Program-made: the position numbers and the translations under genes
The notes under the pieces: model-generated
What the model saw: the letters and a program-made list of their open reading frames with translations, nothing else
What the model was told of the DNA's origin: nothing
Databases searched by the model: none
In this document: positions 21,916 to 31,552 of the stretch, piece after piece
Layout of the letters: every line of letters starts with the position of its first letter
Numbering within the stretch: the first letter of the stretch is position 1
Virus record (IMG/VR): IMGVR_UViG_3300005882_000006
Strand: one strand, 5' to 3'
DNA: 37,745 nt
DNA from: a virus

Positions 21916-22296
21916 TTATTCTCCTACCGCTTGCTGCAGCTTATCTAGTTTCTCCGCTATACGTTCACATCTTGCTTGATATGCAGATATGGCTGGATAA
22001 GGGTTTCCAAATCTGGAAGCGCCTCCTTCTCCATTAGCACCTTTGGGGGCGCTACGTTCGCAGGACATGTGGTACATGCCCCTAGCGATATGCCGATCAT
22101 TGATATCATTAAGATTTTGCACGTATTCATTTGTTATACCCTCGTTTTTTATAAGCTTCTCGTTTGCAGCCTTTGCGCTTTTCAGTTCGTCTCTCAAAGA
22201 GCCTATCCGCTGCCATGCCCAATATGAGAAGCCAGAAAGCAAGACGAATACGGAAAGTAACCCAATGGCGAAATATAGCCTTACCCCTCCAAACAT
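21916..22296 (-). CDS. Rz: i-spanin (Rz-like)
   Basis: It has an N-terminal TM helix (LYFAIGLLSVFVLLSGFSYWAW) and a coiled-coil periplasmic domain. It overlaps the endolysin end and contains Rz1 in the +1 frame. Confidence 0.7.
   Translation of the reverse strand: MFGGVRLYFAIGLLSVFVLLSGFSYWAWQRIGSLRDELKSAKAANEKLIKNEGITNEYVQNLNDINDRHIARGMYHMSCERSAPKGANGEGGASRFGNPYPAISAYQARCERIAEKLDKLQQAVGE
21957..22130 (-). CDS. Rz1: o-spanin (Rz1-like lipoprotein), 57 aa, fully embedded in Rz; not in track
   Basis: Manual translation gives MNTCKILMISMIGISLGAC-TTCPANVAPPKV... with a lipobox L-G-A-C and a Pro-rich mature part. GAGGG SD lies 8 nt upstream of the ATG at 22130. Confidence 0.65.
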   Translation of the reverse strand: MNTCKILMISMIGISLGACTTCPANVAPPKVLMEKEALPDLETLIQPYLHIKQDVNV

Positions 22297-22748
22297 AGCG
22301 CCCGCTCTGATTCCCTGCGCCTAATCAATCCGCGCAATTTAATGCCCTTTGCAAACACCCATTTCGAAAGCTCATTGCATCCACCCACAACATCGCCCGC
22401 ATTTAGCTTTTTACGCAGCGTGGAACGTTTAAAATTCTCAATACCCACATTATAAGCAAAAGACGTTAACGCCGCTCTACGTGTATCAGGCATTGGAACG
22501 TAAATATAATTATCAACGGCCTGCAGGTACTCAAGAATCTCATCATTCAAAAGCGCATCGCATTCCTCAGCACTCATCTCATCACCAAGCTCTACACCGC
22601 GTGTATGCCCGTAGCAGATTGTAGGGATACCAACAGGGTCAAGGTATGCTTTAGTCTCCAAGCCCTCCCACGGCGCTATAAAAGCCGCCGCCAGTGCCGC
22701 TGCGCTGCTCCCTGCTAAAGCTGTTTTTTTAAATACACCAAAATTCAT
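22281..22748 (-). CDS. SAR-type endolysin, GH24 lysozyme
   Basis: The catalytic triad spacing E-x8-D-x5-T is present in WEGLETKAYLDPVGIPT. The N-terminus KKTALAGSSAAALAAAFIA is Gly/Ala/Ser-rich and fits a signal-anchor-release segment. Confidence 0.85.
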   Translation of the reverse strand: MNFGVFKKTALAGSSAAALAAAFIAPWEGLETKAYLDPVGIPTICYGHTRGVELGDEMSAEECDALLNDEILEYLQAVDNYIYVPMPDTRRAALTSFAYNVGIENFKRSTLRKKLNAGDVVGGCNELSKWVFAKGIKLRGLIRRRESERALCLEG

Positions 22749-22933
22749 TTCTTGATCTTCGTAGCTTCTTTATGCCATTTCCAAATTAAATACGCCGCTT
22801 GCAGTATAATATAAATCAAAGTCGCAATCATAACCGCGTCATTAAGAGTGATCGCAGAATATACCGCCCCACCAACGGCGGGGACAGCTTTCGCGCTTTC
22901 TATAATTGTATCATGTTTCATACGGCTCTCCAT
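22745..22933 (-). CDS. Holin (two-TM, pinholin-like)
   Basis: The 62-aa product has two hydrophobic segments and a Lys-rich C-terminus. ATGA overlap with the endolysin. Confidence 0.65.
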   Translation of the reverse strand: MESRMKHDTIIESAKAVPAVGGAVYSAITLNDAVMIATLIYIILQAAYLIWKWHKEATKIKK

Positions 22934-23053
22934 GCTTTATATCCTCCGATATAACCTTTCTTTAAACTAAACAACTCCACAAAATAGCACCTGTTAACAA
23001 TTCCCCGCTTTTAATTTCTCGATAGGTTAAGCATATTATGTTTGCTGTGATTA

Positions 23054-23572
23054 TCATAATACCGCCATAAAAATAAGTATTGATATGCCGCCCAAGAATG
23101 AAGCCGTAAATTCAGATATGGCGTGAGGGTCAAAGCTAACCCTGCCTTTTGCATGAGAACCTATCTCGTAACCTATAGGCCACATAATAGCCCCAAGCCC
23201 GCCTACAGGAAGCGTAATTATAAATCCTTTAACAGCGCACGATACCCAAGAGTAACCTTCATCACCCAATTTATATCCGAACAATCCAGCTATAAAATCA
23301 TTAATAGATTTTAAAGTACCGCCACGCTTTGTATTAGGCTCATGGCTTTCCCATTTCAAGAAATACCATGTTCCAGCGTTAAACCCTGCCCATGATACCG
23401 CTGTGCCCAATATAATAAGAAACAAAGACACATATATATTAGTGAAGGATAATCCTAGAGCCAGTCCATATGGCAGTGAATGCAGCAATCGCGGAAGAAA
23501 CGATACTGGCGATATACCAGCGCCCTCAATGCGTCCAAGCACGCCAAGTATAAAGGGAAGTGCGTATATCAT
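23054..23572 (-). CDS. Polytopic membrane protein (172 aa), unknown function
   Basis: Track ORF with 4-5 predicted hydrophobic helices. Confidence 0.55.
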   Translation of the reverse strand: MIYALPFILGVLGRIEGAGISPVSFLPRLLHSLPYGLALGLSFTNIYVSLFLIILGTAVSWAGFNAGTWYFLKWESHEPNTKRGGTLKSINDFIAGLFGYKLGDEGYSWVSCAVKGFIITLPVGGLGAIMWPIGYEIGSHAKGRVSFDPHAISEFTASFLGGISILIFMAVL

Positions 23573-23600
23573 TGGCCTATATTCCCCACCATCGCGCCCA

Positions 23601-25652
23601 TTACTCTTGCGCCTGTTGTGTTATGTTAGAACTACCCGTCACCCCCGCGCCCTGTGCATACAATACATCAAATCTAGGTCTTGTAATTGCATAAAGCTCA
23701 AGCGATTGTTTCCGCGCCTCCGCTGGTAAATTGCTGCTCCTAAGGCCGTTAAGTATCTTTAGCTTTTTAGTGGGGTCCGTCTCATAAAGTATATCGGCAA
23801 TCTTGGCAGATGTCGCATCATCTATAGCGCCAAAGTATCTAATGCTTATTCTGCGAAGTGCTTCGTTAACAGTCTTCTTAGGAACATTCCTGACATCTTC
23901 AATATCAATACCATTGACCATAGCTTTCGCCGTTTCCCTTCTTGCGGTATCCGAACCGCCTAGAACCCTGCGCGTTAAATCAAGCAGCTTCTTCTCATCA
24001 TTTACAGACTGCATAAGGTTTTGATATTCTGTATCTGACAGCGCCGCCTTTAATTTGCTCTGGTTATTTAATATCATGTTTACGTTTCTAGTATCGCTTG
24101 TGTCGCTCAACTTCTCACGTACTGCTTTCCCTATTCCTATTTTGTAAGCGTTCTTTTCTGACGGGTTGAGTTGACTTACTCTCTTTGCAATCAACTCAGG
24201 GTCTTTCCTTAGAATATCCTTACCCTCTTTCATTATTGAATTGATGCTTAAATAATCACCAGCCTCGGCGCGAGCCTTTGCATAAAGTCCAGTGGTGTCC
24301 AGATTATCTAATTCTTCCACAAGCGCATTTTTAATAGTAAGCAATCCGCCTAGTTGCTGGTCATCCGCTGGAGTAAAGTTCAAGCCGCGCTCTTTCATCC
24401 TTTCTAAAATGTTTATCTTCTTATCAAGGTTTCTCTTTACAGCATCAAGCGTTCTAAGGTTTAAGCCCTTCGCAACGCCGCCCTGAGATTTATCCATCAT
24501 TCCAAGTTGCACCAACTCATTATTTAGGGCTGTCAATTCTGGGTCTGGCTTAGATAACAACTTCATTTCATTCTGTGTGTTTTCTACAACTTCTCTAAAC
24601 GCACTCTTTGTGGCTGGGCGTGTCAATATGTTGTCAAGTCTAGGTGATGATAGGGCTTTGTTCCCGTCAAATGCTTCTTTGTAAAGCGGGGCTGCTTTAG
24701 CCCTGCCAGCCGCTAATAAATCATCGGCGTGTGTGTAGAAATTATCAACGCTTGATATGTTGTTTGTTATAGCGTCCTCAATTCTTGTTTTAATACCACC
24801 GACTTTTCCGTACAGTTTGGTTTCACTGACCGCTCTGCCAGAGGGGAACATAGCAGCCGCCTCAGATAAAGATCTAGTTTTATTACCCATTAAGTCCATA
24901 AGAGATATATTACCGTCCTCATACGCTTTAAGCGCATCTTCATAATCAACGCCAAAATCATCTTTAAGAACATTTCTGACCTTTGCGATTGCTTGAGGAT
25001 TTTGCATGGCATTAGGAGATGCTCTTTGGCTTTCTATCAGTTGACCTAGAGTTTTTCTTTCTGTTTCACCGCTTATTTTGCCTGTCAGCTTGCCAAGCGC
25101 ATCATCAGCATAGTTCGCCAATTTTCCTAATTGCCCGCCAATATAACCAGCAACAGGGGCAGCCACAGCGCCGCCAGCAGCACCACCCAAAGCGCCCAGT
25201 CCACGGTTTTGAATTCCCCCATCAGATGACCCCGCTCCATATAAACCCCCTGATATAGCACCAAGTCCAGCGGCTGTTGTTTTTGGCATTGCCGTTGCTG
25301 CCGTTCGCATTGCTGACATAGCTTGCGGCGCTCTCGCTGCCAATGTTGCCCCTGCACCATAACCTGTACCAATCCCTCCCGCCAATTCACTTAATATAGA
25401 TTGCACTGGATATTGTTCTCTAGCCCTAGATATTTCATCGCGCCCTAACTCCAAAGCAGAGCTATAAGCATCAGATATAGGCATTCCTGTAGCTACAGAA
25501 GCAATAGGCGCAGCTATTAATGCTTGCAGCTCATCAGAAAACCCAGCCGTAAGACCTTGACCAAGTGTTGATGCAAGAGCGCCAAACCTAGATATTGGCC
25601 TTGATACTTCCTGCGCATTACCTGAATTTGATAAGAAATCTTTTGCCTTCAT
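23601..25652 (-). CDS. Internal virion / ejection-type protein candidate (683 aa)
   Basis: It is large, with Gly/Ala-rich hydrophobic stretches in the N-terminal third (GALGGAAGGAVAAPVAGYIGG). Its position follows the tail genes of a podovirus-like module. Confidence 0.35.
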   Translation of the reverse strand: MKAKDFLSNSGNAQEVSRPISRFGALASTLGQGLTAGFSDELQALIAAPIASVATGMPISDAYSSALELGRDEISRAREQYPVQSILSELAGGIGTGYGAGATLAARAPQAMSAMRTAATAMPKTTAAGLGAISGGLYGAGSSDGGIQNRGLGALGGAAGGAVAAPVAGYIGGQLGKLANYADDALGKLTGKISGETERKTLGQLIESQRASPNAMQNPQAIAKVRNVLKDDFGVDYEDALKAYEDGNISLMDLMGNKTRSLSEAAAMFPSGRAVSETKLYGKVGGIKTRIEDAITNNISSVDNFYTHADDLLAAGRAKAAPLYKEAFDGNKALSSPRLDNILTRPATKSAFREVVENTQNEMKLLSKPDPELTALNNELVQLGMMDKSQGGVAKGLNLRTLDAVKRNLDKKINILERMKERGLNFTPADDQQLGGLLTIKNALVEELDNLDTTGLYAKARAEAGDYLSINSIMKEGKDILRKDPELIAKRVSQLNPSEKNAYKIGIGKAVREKLSDTSDTRNVNMILNNQSKLKAALSDTEYQNLMQSVNDEKKLLDLTRRVLGGSDTARRETAKAMVNGIDIEDVRNVPKKTVNEALRRISIRYFGAIDDATSAKIADILYETDPTKKLKILNGLRSSNLPAEARKQSLELYAITRPRFDVLYAQGAGVTGSSNITQQAQE

Positions 25653-27074
25653 TTACTCATATCCAAATTGATTTATTAGTATTTCTTCACCTTGTTCTTC
25701 TGTAAGTTTACCAGACAACACATCATCCCTAACGGATTGTGCGGTAGGGTAATCAATACCTAACTGAGATAGCCCTTTATCAATTTTGGACTGTATATTG
25801 CCATAATATCTTTCTAAATCCTCAATATTCCTCATTAGGTCTTCATCTCTTTGACCGACCGTTAAGTTAGCGACTTTATCTGTTATAACTTTTAACTCTT
25901 TCTCACTCAAAGCGCCAAAGCCAGTTGCGCCAGTTTTTGATTGACTTTTAGCTTCTGAAAGTACGTTAATTGCCGCCCCCGATTTAGGTCTTGATAGAGT
26001 TTGTTCTAATTGTGACCTTCTAGAGGTCGGGCTTGCTTTTGCGAACCAACCCTCTATGCCGCTTGTTGCTGTACCTGGCGCAAGCCTTGTGGGGGCAATT
26101 ACGCCCAATCCTGAAGTTTCTGGCCCTATTAATTCCTTAGCCCTTTTTAAGTCCTCAAGATAATTGTCAATCTCATTTCTTTGCGATAGTAGTGTATCTC
26201 TGTTATTTACCTTCTCTTGAGCTATTTGAAGCTTTTCTGACGTTCTATCTCTTAACATCTCAAGCTTATCAAGCTCGTTTTCATCGAAATCAGGCGTTAG
26301 TATAGCTTGATCTAGCAATTCATTAATCTCAGATAGCTCACTTTCAGCCTGCACTGCTTGATTGTCAATTGTTAATGGTTGTGCCTGTTGTACTGGCGCT
26401 TGATAGCCAACTTCCTTTGGCACGTTTTGGCTTTGCTGTCTATTTAACAAATCACCAATACCTGTTTTTGGCTGCATGTCTCTCCTTGCTTTTTCAAGCT
26501 CAAGCTGTGCTTTCTCTAAGTTTATTCTATCAAGCGGGCTTACTGTCCCGTTCGCTTGCTTTTCAAGTATCTGATTTCTTAATCTGGCTTCTTGTAGACT
26601 TAACTGCTCTAGCTCACTAGGCGGCGCTGTTATCTCTGCAATCTTTCCTAGCGTTCCAAGGTTTTCTATACCAGCCCCAGCTATTAACTCAGGCGGCAAT
26701 CCTAGATTAGTAGATAGATTACCAAGCACTTCTGGATTGGTTAAAACCTGCTGCATTTGCTCGCGCTGTCTTTGTATTCTATCTCTTTCTTCTTTTTCCA
26801 ATCGTAAACGCTCATTCTCCATGGATATTTGTCTATCTCTATCAGCTTTACGTTGTGCTAGAACCTCATCACGCTGCCTATTCTCCATCATGGCCTGATA
26901 CGGGGCTTGCGTTGATTGCACAGCAGATTTATAAGCATTTACATCTGCACCATTAGAAATAACTTTAGGCGCAGCATATTGGCCTATTCTATTTTGGTAT
27001 GCGTATTGGTCTAGGTTGCCTAGCATATTATTAAAAGCGCCTATACCTTTTTGTATGTCATTAAAACTTATCAT
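25653..27074 (-). CDS. Internal virion / ejection-type protein candidate (473 aa, Q/E-rich coiled coil)
   Basis: Called from position and composition; it abuts the next gene. Confidence 0.35.
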   Translation of the reverse strand: MISFNDIQKGIGAFNNMLGNLDQYAYQNRIGQYAAPKVISNGADVNAYKSAVQSTQAPYQAMMENRQRDEVLAQRKADRDRQISMENERLRLEKEERDRIQRQREQMQQVLTNPEVLGNLSTNLGLPPELIAGAGIENLGTLGKIAEITAPPSELEQLSLQEARLRNQILEKQANGTVSPLDRINLEKAQLELEKARRDMQPKTGIGDLLNRQQSQNVPKEVGYQAPVQQAQPLTIDNQAVQAESELSEINELLDQAILTPDFDENELDKLEMLRDRTSEKLQIAQEKVNNRDTLLSQRNEIDNYLEDLKRAKELIGPETSGLGVIAPTRLAPGTATSGIEGWFAKASPTSRRSQLEQTLSRPKSGAAINVLSEAKSQSKTGATGFGALSEKELKVITDKVANLTVGQRDEDLMRNIEDLERYYGNIQSKIDKGLSQLGIDYPTAQSVRDDVLSGKLTEEQGEEILINQFGYE

Positions 27075-27082
27075 ATATACCC

Positions 27083-27856
27083 CTAAAAACCCGGCCCATA
27101 AGCACCCTGCATTGACCCAATCATATTGCCAAATCCCCCACTAAATAAGCCTTGACCACCAGTTGATAGCCCAAAGCCTGCCGCGCCCAAACCGCTTAGT
27201 GCTGGCATTGCCAAACCTGCCAATTGACCAATACCTCCCAGACTACCAAGCAATCCACCACCACCGCCTGATGTGGTTGCGGGGCTATATGTAGAAGCCC
27301 TTATAAATGGTGATGTACCTGTAGTATATGTTTGGTAAGCAGATACGGGAGCCATGCGCTGTTGCAAGTCAACACTTCTCTCTAATCCACCAAAATTCAA
27401 CAAATTACCTATACCTTGTTGGTATTGGTTTTGAGCCATATTATATTGGTTTTGCATTGCACTAGATATAGCATCAAGCCTTGCGTTTTCTAAGTCAGCT
27501 TCACCTTCTCTATGGCGCGAACCACCAAAAGCACCAGCCTCACTTGCTCTTGATGCCAAGGCACTTTGCGGCGCTTCGAATTGCTGATTAATGTCTTGTG
27601 TAATAATATCTCGATACGGGCTTAAGAATGTTTCTATATTCTGTCTGTAAGCGTTTGTATCAGTGAATGGTGATTGAATAAGCCCTTGAGCCATAAGCTC
27701 ATCGCTAGTCAATCCCATAGGTGAGAAATATTGGGAAGGGTCATCTAGGAACTGCTGACCGTAGCTTGTCGCTGTATCATAAAGTTTTTGTATGTGCTCT
27801 GGTAGTTGTGGCGATCCTAACGTTGCCTCTTGTCCACCGCCAAATATACTATCCAT
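27083..27856 (-). CDS. Internal virion protein candidate (257 aa, Gly-rich C-terminus)
   Basis: Called from position and composition. Confidence 0.3.
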   Translation of the reverse strand: MDSIFGGGQEATLGSPQLPEHIQKLYDTATSYGQQFLDDPSQYFSPMGLTSDELMAQGLIQSPFTDTNAYRQNIETFLSPYRDIITQDINQQFEAPQSALASRASEAGAFGGSRHREGEADLENARLDAISSAMQNQYNMAQNQYQQGIGNLLNFGGLERSVDLQQRMAPVSAYQTYTTGTSPFIRASTYSPATTSGGGGGLLGSLGGIGQLAGLAMPALSGLGAAGFGLSTGGQGLFSGGFGNMIGSMQGAYGPGF

Positions 27857-28238
27857 GAAATACTCCTACTAAATGTCCTTCATTGTTAACAAAGCCTTCT
27901 CTCTCTAATATTTTTATTATTCCTCGTTTATGAGTATAACAGAAAATACGCTTTCTACCATAATAAACTGAACTTGCTATACAAACTCTTATTATCTCAG
28001 TTAAAGCCTTATGAGTTTCATTTGGCTTATTTTCAGGATTTGCGTGCCAAAATGTTATTATTGAAAAATCACAATCCGTTAATGCCAAAAACCCACATGC
28101 CTTATTGTCATAGTTAAAGCCTATCTTAGGTAAACTTGACATAGGCGGTGGCACATCATCCCACCAGTTACAATACATCTCATAATCATCAACCTTACTA
28201 AAAGGCCTTAGAACGTGCTTAGTGCCACTCTCCGCCAC
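27849..28238 (-). CDS. GNAT-like acetyltransferase fold candidate (129 aa)
   Basis: The C-terminal pattern YYGRKRIFCYTHKRGIIKILEREGF resembles the GNAT acetyl-CoA-binding region and the ...GF ending. Confidence 0.3.
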   Translation of the reverse strand: MAESGTKHVLRPFSKVDDYEMYCNWWDDVPPPMSSLPKIGFNYDNKACGFLALTDCDFSIITFWHANPENKPNETHKALTEIIRVCIASSVYYGRKRIFCYTHKRGIIKILEREGFVNNEGHLVGVFHG

Positions 28239-28495
28239 TCTAAATCTCCGCTATCGTCTACAATTACATATAAATATTGCGTACCGCTATCTTCACCTAC
28301 TGCAATATCGCCAATCTTTTCAGTCCCTATAATATCCGTGATTGATGACGGTTGAGAATATACTCGACTGCGGCTTGTGTCCATATCCGCATAATCTTCT
28401 AAGTCCTCATCCCTTGAGCGTGTTGCATCTTCAATCCATCTAAGAACTTCATTAAGTCCAGCATTAATGGATAGAACTTCATACTTCTTATTCAT
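28208..28495 (-). CDS. Acidic hypothetical protein (95 aa)
   Basis: Track ORF with an ATGA overlap with the upstream gene. Confidence 0.45.
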   Translation of the reverse strand: MNKKYEVLSINAGLNEVLRWIEDATRSRDEDLEDYADMDTSRSRVYSQPSSITDIIGTEKIGDIAVGEDSGTQYLYVIVDDSGDLEWRRVALSTF

Positions 28496-30513
28496 TTAGG
28501 CGAACTTTCTATAATCTCTTGATACCATTGGCCACTCTCATATACTTGGTCTAGCTCATTGCCAGATACTTTATAATTCCAATATCTGCCGTTTTGGTTG
28601 GTTGTTACGCGCCCATCATCACTTGATACTGTATATGTTTTATTACTCTTAACCGATGACATAGGATAATCCTTTGATTTCACCTGAACCGTTATATCGC
28701 CAGTTTGCGTGTTGTCAGGAATAAAAGCATCAATCCCTATTGTATTAGTACCACCAAAACTATAAGGCGTTTCAAAGTACCATTCCATAGCTTCACCGTC
28801 TGCGTTCACACCATTTTCGTGCAAATATAGAGTACCAGTAGAATTAATCATATATGGTGTTTGCGATAATATAGCTGGGTACTCAACGGCTGTTCTTTCT
28901 ATATTATCAATAGACCATGCAAATGTATCAATATTCACAGTCACTACTCTATTTGGCTCATTACTATCTGCGCTTGGATAATGCCAGCTTATCTCTCTAT
29001 AAAGTGGATTATAAAAACAGAATATCTTTTCTTTTTGTCCAAAGTTTATATCGTCAAATACGTATTGCAAGCATGTCGAATGTGTTGATGAATTAGACGG
29101 TATAACCTCAACATTACCACCGCGCCACATGTGAAAATTATTGTTGCTCATCCAAAACGCAATGCCGCTCGCGGTAGCTCTAGCATTCTGCGCTATAATT
29201 CCCACGCTATTATCAAGCTTCTTTGTCTGCCATATAAACTGCCCGCCAATATACCTAAACGTATATGTTTGGCTTTCCGTAAATAATAAATTATATCCCC
29301 GTACTGAACATTGTGAAATCCAATCACCAGCACCCTCTATATCATCCTCACCAGCTTGGCCAGAAGTCCAGTCAGTTAAACCGCCTTGGTCTGCCCATTG
29401 TATCCTATTTCCCGTAGACTCTGCACCAAGTACAACTGGTATATTATCACTTACAAAAACATAATTTCCTTGTGGTGCGTTGCTAACTATAGATGGTGCT
29501 TCTGATCGCGTACCGTTCCATTGATACAGCTCTGACTGGTCGTTACTCATAGATAATGTCAAATCGCCAAATCTATCATGTGACCATATTCTTGGTGGAT
29601 TAGTGTTTGATGAGTTTTTACCAACACCATAAAGACCAACACCATAAAGCCCCATACCATAGCCAAAACCTAAAGCCGTGTCTTCGTTGCCATCTTCTAT
29701 TTCTTTTTGATATGTAGTAGAAGCACCGCCGCCGCCTGTAACTGAGCTTGTCGCTGTGCCTGATGTATATATATCAAATGAATTAGTTTGTGAGTTTCTG
29801 ATAATAAATTCTAAATTAATATCCACAGCATCTATACCGCCAGTTGTTGCGGCGCTAGCTATCTTAACCCTATCGCCATCTAATTGTCCATGTGATGTTG
29901 CGTTTACCGTGATGATACCAGTGGCACGAACTACAGAAGCCCCGCCACCAGTGCCAGAAGATGTCGCTGGTGTATCAACAATAATAGACCATGTATCTGC
30001 AGTTACTGAGCGAATAAAATGAGATGCGTTTATGTCTGTGTTAGGTATTCCATTAGTTGTGGTAGCCCCAGATATTGTCACTGTATCACCTGCTTGCAAT
30101 AAATGAGCAGTATCGGTAAATGTGATAGTGGTTGAGCCGCTAGTGGTTTCTATTGGGTCACTAGATAATGTACCGTAAAATGTATCTAAACTATTCGCTA
30201 TGGCGTTTGTGGTTGTTGATAATGGGGTTATGTTGGTTAGAACTGTACCGAACACATCGTAAAGCTTTGAGTGAGTTCCTATTAAATACCGATTATACGC
30301 GCCAAGTTTATAAGAAAATATAGACCTTGGCCTACCAGATATTGTTATGTTATTGTCAAAATCATATGAAGCAAACCCTCCTTTTTTTTGGGGATACCCA
30401 TCAACAAACCTAATGCCCAAGCAATCTATATAATGTTGCGTGGTTGATGTAGACTGATCTGTTGAAGGCTCAACACCTTCTAATATTTGTAATGGTACTA
30501 ATCTAGTTGGCAT
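28492..30513 (-). CDS. Tail structural protein (673 aa) with two tandem ~68-aa beta-domains
   Basis: Called from position and size. The internal duplication spans aa 127-195 and aa 198-266. Confidence 0.45.
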   Translation of the reverse strand: MPTRLVPLQILEGVEPSTDQSTSTTQHYIDCLGIRFVDGYPQKKGGFASYDFDNNITISGRPRSIFSYKLGAYNRYLIGTHSKLYDVFGTVLTNITPLSTTTNAIANSLDTFYGTLSSDPIETTSGSTTITFTDTAHLLQAGDTVTISGATTTNGIPNTDINASHFIRSVTADTWSIIVDTPATSSGTGGGASVVRATGIITVNATSHGQLDGDRVKIASAATTGGIDAVDINLEFIIRNSQTNSFDIYTSGTATSSVTGGGGASTTYQKEIEDGNEDTALGFGYGMGLYGVGLYGVGKNSSNTNPPRIWSHDRFGDLTLSMSNDQSELYQWNGTRSEAPSIVSNAPQGNYVFVSDNIPVVLGAESTGNRIQWADQGGLTDWTSGQAGEDDIEGAGDWISQCSVRGYNLLFTESQTYTFRYIGGQFIWQTKKLDNSVGIIAQNARATASGIAFWMSNNNFHMWRGGNVEVIPSNSSTHSTCLQYVFDDINFGQKEKIFCFYNPLYREISWHYPSADSNEPNRVVTVNIDTFAWSIDNIERTAVEYPAILSQTPYMINSTGTLYLHENGVNADGEAMEWYFETPYSFGGTNTIGIDAFIPDNTQTGDITVQVKSKDYPMSSVKSNKTYTVSSDDGRVTTNQNGRYWNYKVSGNELDQVYESGQWYQEIIESSPK

Positions 30514-31299
30514 TTAGTGTCCTATAGCAAACCAATAAAAAGATAAGTTTACAGTCCCCTGTATCTCATCACCAATAACTGTAAAACCAGTAGTTGACGT
30601 TTCATCACCGTCCACTGGAAGGGATACATTATTATTAGATCCTGCAGCAGAGCTTTGTATAGGCGTTGTTTGGATATTTAAAACAGCATTAGGAAACTCA
30701 ACTGGGAAACTAACCGATGTAGAGCCGGGGGCGGTAATGCTATCGGTACCCCATTGATGTATGACACCGCCAGCTAAATATTGATAACCATCTGAAGATA
30801 AGTCCTGATTATCACCGTAAAATTTAGGAGCTATAGCTTTGGCAGATTCAGTACCAGCTATTACACCAGCATCATCAGCAAAACTTGTTGTGGCTGTTGT
30901 TATTTGCCAATTGCTACCATCGCAAGTTATTTGCAAAACATCATTGGCAGATTGAATAGTTGTTGTTTCATTCCCATCTATAGTTTCTGTGCTGTTACCA
31001 TCAATGGTGATTGTGTTGGTTACATCAATGGCCTTAAATCTAACTGTAAAGCCATTATATACGTTAGAAGCAGCAGGTAAGTTTATTGTGACTGCTGCTG
31101 ATGATGCATCAATAAGATATGTATAATTAAACTCAGTAGCAGATACGGCAAAGCTTGCGCTCTCCGAGCTTATGAATAAGGTTAGCTTACTGTCTATCTC
31201 ATCCCAATTATCATTAAGATAGCCGCCCCACAAGTCCGCGTCTGTAGCATTGTTTATCAGTGGCTTATTGAAACCAAAGTTAGTTGTTAATGTTGGCAT
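30514..31299 (-). CDS. Tail fibre protein with a conserved N-terminal anchor and a C-terminal receptor-binding-type domain
   Basis: The N-terminus is MPTLTTNFGFNKP...DADLWGGYLNDNWDEID. The C-terminus is VIHQWG...VSFPVEFPN...TGFTV...FYWFAIGH, a pattern common in short tail fibres. Confidence 0.6.
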   Translation of the reverse strand: MPTLTTNFGFNKPLINNATDADLWGGYLNDNWDEIDSKLTLFISSESASFAVSATEFNYTYLIDASSAAVTINLPAASNVYNGFTVRFKAIDVTNTITIDGNSTETIDGNETTTIQSANDVLQITCDGSNWQITTATTSFADDAGVIAGTESAKAIAPKFYGDNQDLSSDGYQYLAGGVIHQWGTDSITAPGSTSVSFPVEFPNAVLNIQTTPIQSSAAGSNNNVSLPVDGDETSTTGFTVIGDEIQGTVNLSFYWFAIGH

Positions 31300-31552
31300 T
31301 GTGGTGCTCCCATATTTTAAATACTGTCTGTGTTGGCTTTAAAAGTTTAACTCTCTCATCATTATAATCAATCGTGCCATCTTCTCTGGTTAATCCAGCT
31401 TGCTGCACTTTACGCTTCCATATTTCGTTAGGTTCTACAACGTACTTTCTAGGGAAACGCCCCATTAATGTATCACCCATATATGACATATAAGCATCAT
31501 TATCAGGGCAATATTTATAATCCAATCCGTGTTGTGTATTTATATATTCCAT
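31280..31552 (-). CDS. Hypothetical protein (90 aa)
   Basis: Track ORF. Confidence 0.45.
   Translation of the reverse strand: MEYINTQHGLDYKYCPDNDAYMSYMGDTLMGRFPRKYVVEPNEIWKRKVQQAGLTREDGTIDYNDERVKLLKPTQTVFKIWEHHNANINN

Noticed and set aside
17700-31299. Diversity-generating retroelement targeting a fibre gene
   Set aside because: No reverse-transcriptase ORF exists anywhere in the genome, and I saw no template/variable repeat pair near the fibre C-termini.
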